A DNA stretch of 20,000 nucleotides, taken from positions 50,012-70,011 of the forward strand of contig NGBS01000601.1 of the NCBI GenBank assembly GCA_002245135.1, given 5' to 3'. The position numbers and the translations under genes are program-made. Origin of the DNA: Proteromonas lacertae. Taxonomy: Eukaryota. Below, one piece after another: positions 19,901-20,000 of this stretch (positions are counted from its first letter, which is position 1; each line of letters opens with the position of its first letter). Under the pieces are notes generated by a model. The model worked only from the letters and a program-made list of their open reading frames with translations. It had not been told where the DNA came from and searched no databases.

Positions 19901-20000
19901 TTTGAAGAAGATGTAAAAGAGAAGAAAGTGAAAAATCGGAAAGTGAAAAAGAAGAATCATCTCCAAAAGAAGAAGAAGAAAATCCATTTGAAGAGAATGT
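13944..20000 (+). CDS. Giant acidic protein with three CxxC...CPxC zinc ribbons followed by an E/K/S-rich tandem-repeat region containing many NPF and acidic-Phe motifs. Exons 13944-13962, 13992->18919; frame is broken by indels after 18915 and the gene probably runs past the window end
   Basis: Intron 13963-13991 (GTATA..TTTAG) links MSQSVD to TIIYTCDDCG...CCPVCD. Second ribbon FKCKSCS...MCPVCD; third YKCENCG...TCPVCD. Open to 18919, where a 1-nt insertion (gaaaTgtgaa versus consensus gaaagtgaa) creates the stop. The same repeats continue to 20000. Confidence 0.85.
14830..15200 (+). repeat. Coding tandem repeat, about 3 copies of a 105-120-nt unit (EESPKEESEKEEENPFVEESEVKSEK...) built on a 15-nt EESEK monomer
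   Basis: Directly visible repeated aatccatttgtagaagaaagtgaagtaaaatctgaaaaagaagaaagtgag, with variable numbers of gaagaaagtga(g/a)aaa monomers. Confidence 0.9.
15510..20000 (+). repeat. Higher-order coding tandem repeat: 966-nt (322-aa) units, each 390 nt plus 4 x 144-nt (48-aa) subunits; three near-perfect units followed by degenerate copies
   Basis: Marker ataacaatgatttcttc recurs at 15711, 16677, 17643 and 18609 (spacing exactly 966) and at 19636. The aatccatttgaagagaat marker recurs at 144-nt spacing (e.g. 16055, 16199). Confidence 0.95.

Noticed and set aside
1..20000. Alternative genetic code (ciliate-type TAA/TAG=Gln or TGA=Cys/Trp) as the explanation for fragmented ORFs
   Set aside because: Long exons contain no in-frame stops. 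Apart from 7379 and the error-rich end, interruptions coincide with AT-rich GTA..TAG introns, and genes end in TAA or TGA.

Overview
AT-rich, very gene-dense eukaryotic (protist) genomic DNA using the standard genetic code, with no prokaryotic features. The ORF track is misleading because genes are split by tiny spliceosomal introns: I placed 37 by hand, 23-43 nt long, all starting GTA and 36 ending TAG. Splicing them gives 8 genes: (1) a 5'-truncated ECTFKP-repeat protein (+); (2) a ~1060-aa receptor with signal peptide, periplasmic-binding-protein/Venus-flytrap ectodomain with Cys-rich inserts, class-C-like 7TM and C-terminal RGS domain (-); (3) an IQ-motif protein with an unexplained +1 frame break (+); (4) a 12-exon micro-exon gene of unknown function (-); (5) CFAP45/CCDC19, implying a flagellated organism (-); (6) a REEP/Yop1/HVA22 gene absent from the ORF track (-); (7) a 10-exon coiled-coil gene (+); (8) a giant triple-zinc-ribbon protein with a hierarchical 15/144/966-nt repeat encoding at least 32 NPF motifs, whose 3' end degrades into probable low-coverage long-read error (+). 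The strongest candidate for an undescribed system is the VFT-7TM-RGS receptor. All gene models are manual inferences without RNA-seq or database searches.
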